From assembly GCA_009914755.4 (NCBI GenBank), contig CP086569.2, forward strand, positions 6,016,001 to 6,080,000: DNA of 64,000 bases, written 5' to 3'. The notes under the pieces are model-generated. The model saw only the letters and a list, made by a program, of their open reading frames with translations, was not told where the DNA came from and did no database searches. The stretch's first letter is position 1. Each line of letters opens with the position of its first letter. Source of the DNA: the human T2T-CHM13v2.0 reference genome, Homo sapiens. The translations under genes and the position numbers were made by a program. Below, one piece after another: positions 27,189-41,694 of this stretch.

Positions 27189-28135
27189 ATGGGGAGACAG
27201 AAGAAAAAAAAGCACTGAAGTGCATTAGCTGCATTCCTTTAAGGAGACTCCACTTAAAGGCACACACACACATGCACACAAAAGGACATAAACACACAAT
27301 GCCTCACACACACGCACATATCCAAAATTCACAATGCTGCCACAGAAACACATGGCCCAGCAGCTCCTGATCCTGTATGGTTCTGCAGGATGCCACACCA
27401 GGGAGAGAGCAACCCTAGGGACACAGGTGGGCTGTACCTAGAAACCATAGTAGGGCAAGTTTCAAAAAGTCTCACACCTACAATGTCTAGACAGGCCTAA
27501 GGAATCCTGCAGACCTTGGATGCTTAGGAATTTTGCAGTTTATTCCTGGGGCTCTGCTTGACATTTCTTCAAGCTGGCTCATGTCTGCTCTTTTCCATGA
27601 CAAGGGGACAATCCTGTGGATCCCATAGAGAAGACAGGTGAGAATCCATAGCTGATGCACCCTCACAGAGGTCTCTATCTCCACCAAGCTGCAGGAACTT
27701 GTCGCTAGGCAATGGTGAGATTCATTGTGAGGGTACCCAAAGCTCACAATCAGGATAGGTGCCCTGAGGCTAACACATGTGCATTCATGAGGTGGACTAG
27801 GGCCCTTGGCTGTCAGAGCTGTCAGCCTTCCCAAACAGAGGAAAATGGTACAGGCAGAGCTGGCCAAGTATCACAAAACAGGCTGTCTGTGAAAAACCAC
27901 TGCAGGACACTAAAAGTCTAGACCTCAGAGACTCTTCCAGCCTTCTCCACTTCTCCATGGTCAGGTCCTGCTGGAGAAGGAGGCATTTGGAGACTGTGAG
28001 GTGGTTGCTGGAAACTGCTCTTGTGACTCCAGTCCCAAAAGAGGCTGTGTGCAAGTATCAGGTTCCATGTTGATTGGAGTATATTCTGGTGTCTTGTAGA
28101 GGGTTCTTTGGGTCATAGAATCATACGTGAGTCAC

Positions 28136-30473
28136 AGGGATGAAATTCAGGGGGACTTACAGACAGGACTGCTAGTGTCTCCCCCTGGTTTGGCCACAGG
28201 ACAATGAAACACTGAGAGATGTCTGTTTTTTTTTTGGTGTAGAGTCCTCCTGTTCTTTCTAGAAGAGTGGCTTTTTTTTTTTTGGCAGAAGGAGGTGATT
28301 TAAACAATGGCAGGTCTTGGGCCACCTCCCAATTTACAGAGGATTCATGATCCACAGAAAAACTAACAAACAAGGAGCCCTGCAGCCCAAGCACAGCCAC
28401 ACAGACAGGCCACCTAAAAGTTTGGTGACTCAAAGAAAGAAGCAATGAAGTGCATTAGCTACATTCATTTAAGCAGAATCCACTTACAGGGACACACATA
28501 CACATACACAAACACACAATGCCACACACACACACACACACTCAGACATCCAACACCTGCAACACTCTCACAGAAACACAGACCTGCAACTCCTGAGGCT
28601 GCCTGGTTCTGCAGGAAGCCCCACTGAAGAGAGAGCCACCCCTGGGAACACAGGTAGGCTGTACCTGGAAATCAGACCGGGGCAAGTTTCAAAAAGACTC
28701 ACATCTACAACCTTTAGGCAGGCCAGAGGAATCTTGCAGATTTTTTGTATCCTTAACAATTTCACAATTTATTCCTGGGGTTGTGCCTGACATTTCTTCA
28801 GGCAAGCTCATGTCTGACCTCTCTTGGGATCATGGAACTATCCCATCTATCCCAAAGAGAAGATAGATGTGAGTCCACAGCCTATGCAACTCAACGGAGG
28901 TCTTCTTATCCTTCAAGCTGCAGGGACTTGGCGCTAGGCAACAATGACATTCATTCTGGTACTACCCAGGGCCCACAATCAGGCCTGGTGCTGTGAGACT
29001 AGTGCATGTACATTCTTGAGGCAGGTTCTGGTGCCAGGCTGTCAGAGCTGTCAGCCTGCCTAATCAGTTGGAAATAGTACAGGCAGAGCCACCCTGTTAT
29101 CAAGAAAAAGGGGGCCCGCAAAAACCCACTGTGGGACACTAAATGTCTCAACCCCAAGACCACTTCAGGCCGTTTCCATGGTTGGATCTCTCTGACGGAG
29201 AAAACGTTTTGAGACTCTGAGGTGGTCACTGGAAACTGTTTTTCTGACTTCATTCCCAAAAGAAGCTGTGTGCAAGAATCAGATACCATGAGGATTGGAA
29301 TACAGTATGGTGTGTAGTTGAGGGTTCTTAGGGTGATAGAATCATACCTGAGACCATAGATGCAGATGTCAGTGAAGGATGGCCGGACTCTTGACCTCAC
29401 TGTCTCCCTTTATCCTTGGCCTCACAGAGGCTCTCTGGGAAAGGCAGGAACCAAGATGAAGGAAAGTCCAAGGTGAAACAGTGTTCTCACACCTCGTATT
29501 GTCCTGTAACAAGTGCAGATGATGTTTAGACGGTTCTCAGATGCCATCTGTAGAGATGGCAAGCCTGAAAATGGTGTCCATTAGTTCTGTTGAGGAGAAC
29601 TGTGGATTCCTTGTGAAAGAAAAGAAAAATCAACACTCACCCAAAAGAACAAGATGCCTTGTCCTGGAGTCCAAGAAATGTTCAATTATTCCTTTCAGAA
29701 GACCCAAAAGCCTTCTGCAAAGTGCAAACAACCTCAGCCCCCACATTGAGACAATGACCCACAACCTGGAGCACAGACAGCCTAATGGAAGTCCCTTTTG
29801 CTCTCTGGAATCCCTGGCAGCTACATAATCTGTGGTGAGAGGCAGTACCACCAAGCAACAGTTTAATGAAATTGCCCTTCAAAATTGAGAAGGCCATGCA
29901 GATGAAATGAAACAGAGTCTAGATTACCAGGTAAAAGTCTAACACAACTGCCTGCTTCTCATCCTACAGGATTCATGCAGCCCTTCGATAGAAAAGAGAT
30001 AACAAGTTTGCTTTTGGCTGATGTGACAGGGATATATGGATTTAAAAGTATCTTATTTTCCCAGTCATTAAAACATGACAGTGTTTAGAAGGAATTATGC
30101 AATGGATTTCCATGAGGGTCATTATCTGTGAACTGGGAAATGTTTAGTGTAGAAGTCGTTAAGCCAGAACTAGGAAACCCTAGGGCCATGAGAATCATGA
30201 AAGGCCTGAAAAGAAGAGGCAAGACTGGAAACACCATCCCACCCAGCATCAATCCATCCCACTCCCATTTGGCTCTGAGTATGAAAGGTCTCAAATCGGA
30301 AGTTTGCCAGGATGGCCCCAATTTGCACTTCAAATGTTACTTGAGCGTTGGAGTACTGCTACCTGAAAGCCGAGCCATGATGTGGACTGCTTCTGCAATT
30401 CAGGGAATGCAGGGATAGAGTTGGAAGCACCTTCTGTATTATCAGTGTTTTTTATTATTATTATTATTTGCAG
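28136..30473 (+). repeat. array unit 10 (lacks module A)
   Basis: Module B 28289-28410; MNW ORF 30128-30418 (96 aa). Confidence 0.8.
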
Positions 30474-30751
30474 GTGAAGTTGAGAGACCCCTTCCACCTC
30501 ACACCAGATTGTATCCTCATGTCTATCTAACCTTACTACTCATCACACTCTATGTCCCCAGATAAAATTCCAAGATGACGGAGGACTGCCACCTCATGAC
30601 GTGAAACACCTGCTCCTCTGGGAACCAAATTTTAGGTAAATTCAAGGTGCACTGCCCACAGGACTGCTTGTGCCTCTCCCTGTGTTGACCATAGGGATAT
30701 GAAACACAGGGTGATGCCTGCTTTTTTGATGTGGTGTGCTCCTCTTATTTC

Positions 30752-31795
<1,044 letters not shown>

Positions 31796-33985
31796 ATTTG
31801 TAAAACAGTGACTTTTTTTGCAGAGGTGGTTGATTTGGATGCCGGCGGTTCCCAGCCCACCTCCAAATTCACTGGGGATTTATTATACACATAAAAATAA
31901 AGAACATGGAGCCTTGCCATCCATGCAGAGCCACATAGACCACCAAAAGGTGGAGAGACACAATAAAAAGAAGCACTGGAGTGCGTTAGCCACATTCCTT
32001 TAAGCAGACTCCACTTACAGGAACACACACACACACAAAGACAGAAACACACAATACCTCACACATCAAACATTCACAACATTCTCACAGAAACACTTCA
32101 CCTGGCGTCTCCTGACACTGTGTGGTTCTGCAGGAAGACCCACCTGGGAAAGAACAACCCTGAGAAACACAGGCAGGCAGTCCCTAGAAATCACAGTAGG
32201 ACAATTTTCAAAAAGACTTACTCCTACAACGTCTAGTGAGGCCTGAGGAATCCTGCAGATTTTCTTGGATCCATAGGGATTTTGCATTTTATTCCTAGGG
32301 TTCTGCTTGATGTTTCTTCATGCTGGCTCATGTCTGGCCTTTCCTAGGACAATGAAATAATCCAGTGGATCCCACCTAGAAGACAGGTGAGAGTCCACTG
32401 CTGACCCATCTCCACGGAGGTCTCTATGTCTGCAAAGCCACAGGGACTTTTTGCTAGGCAATGATGACATTCATTGTGACACTAGTGAGAGCTCATCATC
32501 AGGCCAGGTGCTCTGAGACTAGCACATGCACATTTGTGAGGCAGGCTATGGCCCCTGGCTGTCATATTGGTCAGCCTGCCTAAGCAGAGGAAATTGGCAC
32601 AGTCAGATCTGGCCGAATGTCGCGAAATAGGCTGCCTATGAAAACCCACTGTGGGACACTAAAATCTAGACCTCAGGTCCCCTTCAGATCATCTCCATGA
32701 TCAGGCCCCTATGGAGGAGGAGATGTTTTGAGGCTATGAGTTTGTCACTAGAAACTGCTTTTCTGACTCCATTCCAGAAAGAGGCTGTGTGCAAGAATCG
32801 GGTCCCTTGTGGATTGAAATACAGTTTGTTGTATTGTAGAGGGTTCTTTGGGTGATAGAATCATACCTGAGACCCCAGAGGTGGGTTTCAGCAAATGATG
32901 GCTGGGCTCTTGACCTCAATGCCTTCCTTGATCCTGGACTTCACAGGGGCTATCTGAAAAAAGCAGAAACCAAGACAAATGCAAGTCCAATGTGGAGCAG
33001 TGATCTCACAAGTTAAACTGGCCTTTTACAGATGCAAATGAGCGTGAGTGTCTCAGAGTCCATTTGTGACCGTGGCAAGCCTGAAAAGCATGTCCAATAG
33101 TACTGTTGAGGAGTACTGTGGATTCCCCATGAAAGCAAACAAAACTCAAGACTCACCTGACAGAATGAGGTACGTTTTTCTGTAGTCCAAGCAATGTTCA
33201 ATGATTACTGTTACAGGACCCAAAATTATCTTGCAAAGTTAAAACCACCACAGCCCCTACAAGGAGAAAATGACCCATAACCTGGAATGCAGCCAGCCTA
33301 CACAGAGTCTCTTTTGCTTTCTGAAATTCCTGACAGCTAAATAATCTGTTGCTGGAGGCAGTCCTATCGAGCAACATCTCAATGAAAGAGCTCCTCCACA
33401 ATGAGATGGCCATGCAGATGCAGTGATACAGAGGCTAGATTACCAGAAAAAAAGTGAGACATGGCTGCCTTCTTCTCATCCTCCAAGAATCATGCAGCCC
33501 TTCAATAGAAATGGGAGACAAAGTTTCATTGTTTGTGGGTCTAATGGGTATTAACAGTTTTAAAAGTAACAAAACTGCCCAGTCATTAAAATATGACAGT
33601 GTTTACAAGGAAACACTCAGGCAATGGATTCCCTTGAGGGTCGTTCCACATTAACTGGATAACATTTATTGTGGAAGTCATTGAGCCAGAACCAGAAAAC
33701 CCTAGGATGATAAGAATCATGAAAATCAGGAAAAGAAGAGGCAAGTCTGTAGGCCACATCCCGCCAAGCCTCAATCCCTTCAACTCCCATTTGGCTATGG
33801 GTATGAAAGCCCTCAAATCGGGAGTTTGCCAGGATGGCCCCAGTTTGCACTCCTAATATCCACAGCATGTTGGAGCACTCTCACCTGGACCCCTGGCCAT
33901 GGTGTGGACTGCTTCTGCAATTAAGGATTTACCGGGATGGAATTGAAAGCACCTTCTGTGTTACCTGTCTTCATTTGTTTTGCAG

Positions 33986-36456
33986 GTGAAGTTTGGGATT
34001 CCATCCACCCCTCACCAGATTTTATCCTCACCCTTATCTGAACTTATTCCTTCTCACACTCTATGTCCCAGGATTAAATCTCAAGATGATGAAGGAATAC
34101 CCCCTCATGACATGAAGCACCTGCTCATCTGGGAAGCTAATTCAATGTAAATTCAAGGGGACCTAAGAACAGGACTGCTAGTGTCTCCATGGTTAGGCTG
34201 CAGGACAATGAAACACTAGATGTCATTTTTTTTTTTGGTGTGGTGTGCTTCTCTTCTTTCTAGAAGAATGGCTTTCTTTTTTTTTCTCTCCTTTTTTTTT
34301 TTCTTTTTTTGCAGAGGGACATGATTTAAACTATGGCAGGTATCAGCCCACCTCCCAATTCACTGTGGATTCATGATCCACAGAAAAATAGAAAACCTGG
34401 ACCCCGCAGTCCAAGCAAAGCCACACAGACAGGGCACATAAAGGTTTGGTGACTCAAAAAAAAGAAGCAATGAAGTGCATTATCCACAGTCATTTAAGCA
34501 GACTCCACTTACAGGCACACACACATACACACACACACAAAACCACACAATGTCTCACACACACACACACAGACATCCAACATTTACAACACTCCCACAG
34601 AAACACACAGCGTGGGAACTCCTAAGGCTGCCTGGTACTGCAGGACATTTGAGTGTGGGAGAGAGCCCCTCTCCCCGCCCCGCCCTGGGGAACACAGGCG
34701 TGATGTACCTATAAATCACAGTGGGGCAAGTTTCAAAATGACTCACAACTACAATGCCTAGGCAGGCTTGAAGAATCCTACAGATTTCTTTGCATCCTTT
34801 GGGATTTCAGAATTTATTTCTGGAATTGTGCTTGATGTTTCTACAGACTCTCACATCTGCCCTCTCTTGGGATCATGGGACTGTCCTGTCTGTCTTACAG
34901 AGAAGACAAGTGGGAGTCCATGGGCAACAAAACTGTATAGAGGTGCCCTTCTTCTCCAATTCACAGGGACTTGGCATTAGGCAACAATGACATTAATTGT
35001 CACTCTACTGAAAGGTCACAGTCAGGCCTGGTGCTGTGAGACTAGCGCATGCACATTTGTGAGGCAGGCTCCGCCATCAGTCAGTCTGAGCTGTCAGCCT
35101 GCCTATGCAGTAAAAAATGGTACAGGCAGGGCAAGCCTGGTATCAAGAAAAAGGCAGCCTGGAAAAACCCAGAGCAGGACACTAAAATTCTCAAACTCAG
35201 GGCGCCTTTAGACAGTTTTTGTGGTTGGGTCTTGCTGGAGGAGGAAGGGTTTTGAGACTCTGAGGTGGTCACAGCAAACTGTTCTTCTGACTTCATTCCC
35301 AAAAGATGTTCTTTGCGACAGTCTGGTACCATAGGGATTGCAATATAGTATGGTGTGTTAAGGGTTCTTTGTTGATAGAATCATACCTAAGACCCTAAGG
35401 GCAGAGGTCAGTGAAAGATGGCTGGGTTCTTGACCTCACAGCTTCCCTTAATGCTGTGCCTCACAGAGGCTTTCTGGGAAATACAGGAAGCAACACAAAG
35501 GCAAATCCAATATGAAGCAATGGTCTCACATCCGTATTGTCACCTCTTGGGTGCAGATAAGGTTTAGACAGTGTCTCAGACACCATCTGCAGTCATGGCA
35601 AGCCTGAAAAGGGTGTCCAAAAAAAAGTCTCACCTGAGAGAACAAGCTTCCTTGTGCTGGAATCCAAGCAATGTTCAATGATTCCTGTCAGGAGACCCAA
35701 AACACCCTACAAAGTGCAAACAACCTCAGCCCCCACAATGAGACAACGACCCACAATGTGGAGTGCAGGCAGCCTATTGAAAGTCATTTTGCTGTCTGAA
35801 ATCACTGGCAGATTCATAATCTGTGGTGAAAGGCAGTTCCATCCAGCAACAGTTCAATGAAAGTGCCCGTCCAAAATAAGAAAGTTGTGCAGATGATGAA
35901 ACAGACTCTAGATTACCAGGAAAAACTTGACACACAAGCCTGCTTCTCATCCTACAGGAGTCATGGGCCCCTCCAATAGATGTGAGAGAACAAGTTTTCT
36001 TTTGGCAGCTGTAACATCAATATATATTTTTAAAAGTATCAAATCTTCCCAGTCCTTAGTACATGACGCTGTTTAGAAGGAAACATTCACACAATGGATT
36101 CCCATGAGAGTCATTCTCCATGAACTGGGAAACATTTAGTGTGGTAGTCACTAGGCCAGACCCAGGAAACCCTAAAACAATGAGAATCATGGAAGTCATG
36201 AAACAAAGAGGCATGTCTGGAAGCCCCATCCAACCAGCATCAATCCATTCCACCCACATTTGACTTTGGGTATTAAAGCCCACAAATCGGCAGTTTGCCA
36301 GGATGGTCCCAATTTGCACTCCAAATGTTCCTTGCACATTGGAATACTCATACCTGAACACTGAGCCATTGTCTGGACTGCTTTTGCAATTAAGGTAAAG
36401 CAGGCATGGAGTTGGAAGAAACTTCTTTGTCATCTGTCTTTATTCTTTTTTTGCAG
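33986..36456 (+). repeat. array unit 12 (2471 bp)
   Basis: Module A 33986-34146, module B 34315-34443. Confidence 0.85.
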
Positions 36457-37587
36457 GTAAAGTTGTGGGACCCCATCCACTTTTCACCACATTGTATTCT
36501 CACCCCATCTGACTTTATTGCTGCTCACACTCTATATCCCAGGATAAAATCACAAGACAATGGAGGTGTGCCTCCTTAGGACTTGAAGCACCTGCTCAAT
36601 TCAGAACAGAATTTGAGGTAAAATTAAGGGGCCCTGCCGACAGAACTGCTAGTGTCTTTTCCTGTGTTGGCCATAGGAATATGAAACACAGGGAGATGTC
36701 TATCTTTTGGTGTGGTGTGCTTTTCTTTTTTTCTAGAACAGTGGCTTTTCTTGCAGAGGGAGTTGTTTTGGACACCAGCAGTTCCCTGCCCACATACCAA
36801 TTCACTGTGGATTTTGGATCCACATAATAATAAAGAACACGGTGCCCCACTGCCCAAGCAGAAACACACAGACAGGTGACCATAAGGTGGGGAGACTTAA
36901 AAAAAAGCGCTGAAGTGCATTAGCCACATTTCTTTAAGATAACTCCACTTACATTCATACACACATAGACAGCCAGAAACACACCATGCCTCACATGCAC
37001 ACATATCCGATATTCCCAACACTTTCACAGAAACACACAACCCAGCAGTGCCTGACACTATGTCGTTCTTCAGGAAGCCTTACCTGGGAGACAGCAACCT
37101 TGAAAAACCCTGGTGGGCTGTACCAAGAAGTCACAGCAGAACAAGTTTCAAAAAGACTCACCCCTACAATGTCTAGGCCAGCCTGAGGAATCCTGCAGGT
37201 CATCTTGGAAACTTAGGGATTTTGCAATTTATTCCTGGGGCTCTGTTTGATGTTTCTTGAGGTTGGCTCAAGTCTGCCCTCTCCTAGGATCATGGAACAA
37301 TCCCACAGAGGAGACAGTTGAGTCAACTGCTGATGCACCTCCTCAGAGGTCTCCTTCTCAACCAAGCTGCAGGGACTTTTCTCTAGGCAATGATAACATT
37401 CATTGTGATGGTAGCCAACTCTCACAATCAGGCCTGGTCCCCTCAAACTAGTGCATGCATATCTGTAGGCAACATCTTGTTCCAGGCTGTCAGAGCTGTC
37501 AGCCTGCCTAAGCAGAGGGAAATTGTACAGACAGAGCCATCCTGGTATTATGAAAAAGCTGCCTATGAACACCCACTGTGGGACCCT
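36457..37587 (+). repeat. array unit 13 (truncated by the ERV insertion/deletion)
   Basis: Module A 36457-36617, module B 36757-36886. The unit stops at ccactgtgggaccct, where ERV sequence begins. Confidence 0.8.
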
Positions 37588-38129
37588 TTGATCCCAATAT
37601 ACTCCCTTTGATCCCAATAGCCCTCAATATCAGCACATGATTAACATGGCTTTAGTTACTTAAAGTATAGAAGACATTAGAAGACAATGGCAGAAACAGA
37701 CTGGGTTTGCAGGCATGAATAATTCACAGTATTGGAGATAGCCCACCAGAAGTTTGTAAATAGAGATGCAGTAAGCTGCAGAGGGAACCTCAGAGAGAGT
37801 GAATGCCGAGCCTGGTGAAACGTTGACCTTCTAGCTGCGGCTATTAGAGGGGCCCCCCCAAAGTGGTGAGAGAAGGGGGGCCCTAGGAAAAATACCCAGT
37901 CTGGTCATCCATGCTTGCTGTGTAACCAGTGTCCTTGCTGTAAGGAAATAGGGCATTGGAAGGACAAGTGCCCCAGATTGAAAGGGAAATAAGGTGACTC
38001 TGAGCAGGAGTCCTCAGACAAAGATGAAGGGGACTTATTCAATCTAGCAGAAGTGTTATTGGACTGTGGGGGTCCGGGCTGATGTGCAGTAGTAACCATC
38101 CTGGTCGCCCTCTTTTCCACAAAGACTAG

Positions 38130-40800
38130 TAATATAATCAGATACACAGGGGTCCTGACAAAGTAAGCTTTCTGTTTGCCCTAGACCTGCACTTTAGGGG
38201 ATGGGGGGGTCATTAAGTGATTCACCACTTCCTGTACATGCTTGACTGCCCCTTGCCTTTGGTAGGAAGGACTTACTTAGCAAGCTGAGAGCCACCATCT
38301 CTTTTACAAAACACAGCTCTTTACAGTTAAAGTTACTTGGAAGGAGAGTCATCATGGCCCTTATTGTTCCTAGCGAGAAGGAATGGAGATGCCTCTTAAT
38401 TCAGTTAAGCTAAGATGTAAGACCAGCTCTGGCTAAGTGATGGCCAAAAGTGTGGGCAGAAAAGAACCCTCCAGGATTGGCAATTAACTAGGCCCTCTTA
38501 CTCATAGGAGATAAGCCTATGGCCCAGCCAGCCAGGAAAAAACAGTCCCTAGTCCCCAGAGAAGCTCTTGAAGGTACCCAGGTCCATCTCAAGCACCTGA
38601 GGGCCCTTGGAATTATAGTCCCTTGTTAGTATCCATGGAACACTCCCTGCCTGTCTGTTCCAAAGCCAGGGATCAAGGACTACAGGCCAGTACTGGAGTT
38701 GTATTCAGTCATCCAAGCTACAGTGACTTTGCCCCAGTTGTACCTAACTCCTACAAATTGTTGGGGTTGCTGCCAGCTGAGGACAGCTGAAGGATGCCTT
38801 CATTAGCATCAGCCTAGCCCTTGAGAACCAGAAACTCTTTGCCTTTGAGTGGGAAGATGCGGGGCCAGGTGTCACCACTCAGTACACTTGGACCTTGCTT
38901 CCCCAAGGGTTCAATAACTCCCCCACTATCTTTGGGAAGGTACTGGCTCGGGACTTCCAGAAGTTTCCCACAGAGACCTAGACTGTTTTTTGCTCCAGTC
39001 TGTTGATGACCTCCTGCAGGGACACCCAACAGTAATCGGGTGCCCCAAGGGAATGGATACCCTGCTCTGGCACCTGGGGGACTGCGGGTATGAGGTGTCC
39101 AAAGAAAGCTCAGATCTGCTGACAGCATTTATGTTATCTGGGATTTACTATCCTACAATGGAGCACAGCCTAGGATCAGAAAGAAAGCAGGTCATTTGCA
39201 ACCTACTGGAGACTAAAACCAGAAGGCAGATGAGAGAATTCTTAGGAGCTGTATTTTCAGTACTGTAGGAAGTCACAAAGGGAGGTAACAGAGAGAATTT
39301 TGAATGGGAGTCCCAACAGTAATGAGCTTTTCATGAATTAAAAGAGAAACTTACATCAGCCCCAGCTCTGGGGCTGCCTGACCTCACAAAGCCATTTACA
39401 CTATATGTGTCAGAGAGAGAAAAATGGTAGCTGGAGTTTTTACCCACACAGTGTGGCCCTGGCCAAGATTGGTAGCCTACTTCTCCAAACAGCTAGATGG
39501 AGTTTCTAAAGGTTGGCCCCCATGTTTGAAGGCCTTGGCAGCAACTGCCCTGCTAGCACAAGAAGTGGATAAACTAACTCTTGGGCAAAACCTGAACATA
39601 AAGTCTCCCCATGCTGTGGTGTTATTAATGAATACCAAAGGACATCATTGGCTAATGAATGCAAGGGTAAGTAGCTACCAAAGCTTGCTCTGTGAAAATC
39701 CCCACATAATCATTGAAGTCTGCAACACCTTGAACTCCACCACCTTACATACACCTTACTGGTGTCAGAGAGCCCAGGTGAACATAACTGTGTAGAGGTG
39801 TTGGACACAGTTTATTTTAGCAGACTCCCCATTGAGACCATTCTTGGGCATCAGTAGATTTGGAGCTGTACATGGATGGGAGTAGCTTGTCAATCTACAA
39901 GAAAAGCAGTCATACACTGCAGAGGAAACAAGCAAACTTCCACTCGATTGCCTTGGAGAACTCCCGAGCTGACTCAGAGTCTCGGAAAGCAGCATCCACC
40001 CACTATGGGGCATCAGTCACAATCCTGTTGCTCCATCAGGTACCTGACCTTGTACCTATTTATTCTAAAGAAAAGAAAGACTTTCTCCAAGCAGAGGGAG
40101 GGCATGTGATAGAAGAGGGAAAGATTCTGTTATTTGATGGAAGAATAGCCATGTCACAACTACTAGTAGCCACAGTGGTACTGGCTGTGCATGAGACCAC
40201 CCACCTAGACCAAAACTCAGTGTGTCACCTTTCCACAGAAAAATGCTAGGCAAGGTCTAACCGTCTTGCCCAACATACAAGCTTATGGATTAGCCCGCTT
40301 TGAAAACATCCAAGTAGACTTCACCAAGATATCCAAATGTAGAGGTAACAAGTATTTGCTAGTTCTAGTGTGTACATACTCTGGGTGGGTGGTGGCCTAT
40401 CCAACAAAAACTTAGAAAGCTCGTGAAGTACACTATGTGCTTCTCCAAGATGTCATCCCTAGGTTTAGACTGCCCTTATGAATGAGCTCAGACAACATGC
40501 CATCATTTGTTGCTGACTTGGTACAAAAGGCAGCAAAGGTATTGGAAATGACATGGAAACTACATACTGCTTATTGACCGTAGAGTTGCGGAAAGGTGAA
40601 GCAGATGAACTGGACTATCAAAAATAGTTTAGAAAAAGTGTGTCAAGAAAGAGGATTAAAGCCGGCACAAGCTCTCCCTAAGGTATTGTTTAAGATTAAA
40701 TGTATTCCTTCTAAAAGAACAGGATATTCACCTTATGAAATATTATATCATAGGCCCCCTCCCATACTACGGGGACTCCTAGGCACTCATTGAGAGCTAG
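38130..40800 (+). pseudogene. degenerate retroviral pro-pol (protease, reverse transcriptase, RNase H, integrase)
   Basis: ORF fragments 38990-39268, 39424-39795, 39860-40249 and 40596-40793 in the track carry MLV-like RT/RNaseH/IN motifs. The RT active site YVDD is mutated to SVDD. Reading frames are discontinuous. Confidence 0.8.
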
Positions 40801-41694
40801 GTAAAATTGAGTTACAGCAACAATTACAGGCTCTAGGGAAAATTACAGAAACAATTTCAGCCAGGGTAAATGACTTTCTTCCCAGATGATCGGGTGTGGA
40901 TCCCGGATCGGAAAGTAGCCCCCTTGTGGCCACAGGTGGAAAGGACACCAGGCCTTCGTCTTGACCACTCCCACAGCCACAAATGTAGAGAAAATTCTAG
41001 CGTGGATCCATCATAGCCACCTAAAACTGCAGCACCTGAGACCTGGGAGGAGAGACCAAGCCCAGATAACACCTCCAAGGTGACTTTGAAGAAGATGACA
41101 AGCCCTACTCCAGTCATACCCAGGAGCTGACTGGTCCACGCATGGCCAAAACATGAGGAAACTCATTGTAGGACTCACTTTTCTTAAATTTTGGATGTGT
41201 ACAGTAAGGACTTCAACTGACCTTCCTCAGACTGAGGACTGTTCAAGTTACTGAGGTAGGGAAAAAAGTTAAAGCAGTCTTTTTGTTTTATAGTTATTAT
41301 GAATGTATTGCAACTTTAAAAGGGATGACTTTGTATAACGCCACCCTGCACAAGGTATGCAGCCCAGGAAGTAACCAGCCTGATGTGGGAAAACCCATTA
41401 TAACTACTTGATCCCTGTCGGAAAACAGGAGAGTATGTAATTCTAAGAATCAATGGAAATGGACTGGATCCCCAAGTAAATATTTTAGTCTAAGGGAAGG
41501 TCCACAGGCACTCTCCCAAGCCAGTGTTTACTCCCTGTATGGTACCTGTACTTTTACCACCTTAGTTCATCAAAAGACCACAGCACAAGTGCATTACATA
41601 AATCACTATCAATCTGTTTTGCAGAAAGACCTGGGTAATGAAGATGAGAAAGAGAACTCTCACTAGTGAGTGCAGCTCTCAAAGAGGGGGATGA

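Larger units (their letters stand above)
26756..28135 (+). repeat. array unit 9 (truncated, 1380 bp)
   Basis: Module A 26756-26916 (best-preserved copy: gcag|GTGAAATTGTGGGACCCC...GAATTTGAG|gtaaat), module B 27059-27188. A deletion junction at ~28131-28150 removes the unit tail and module A of the next unit. Confidence 0.8.
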
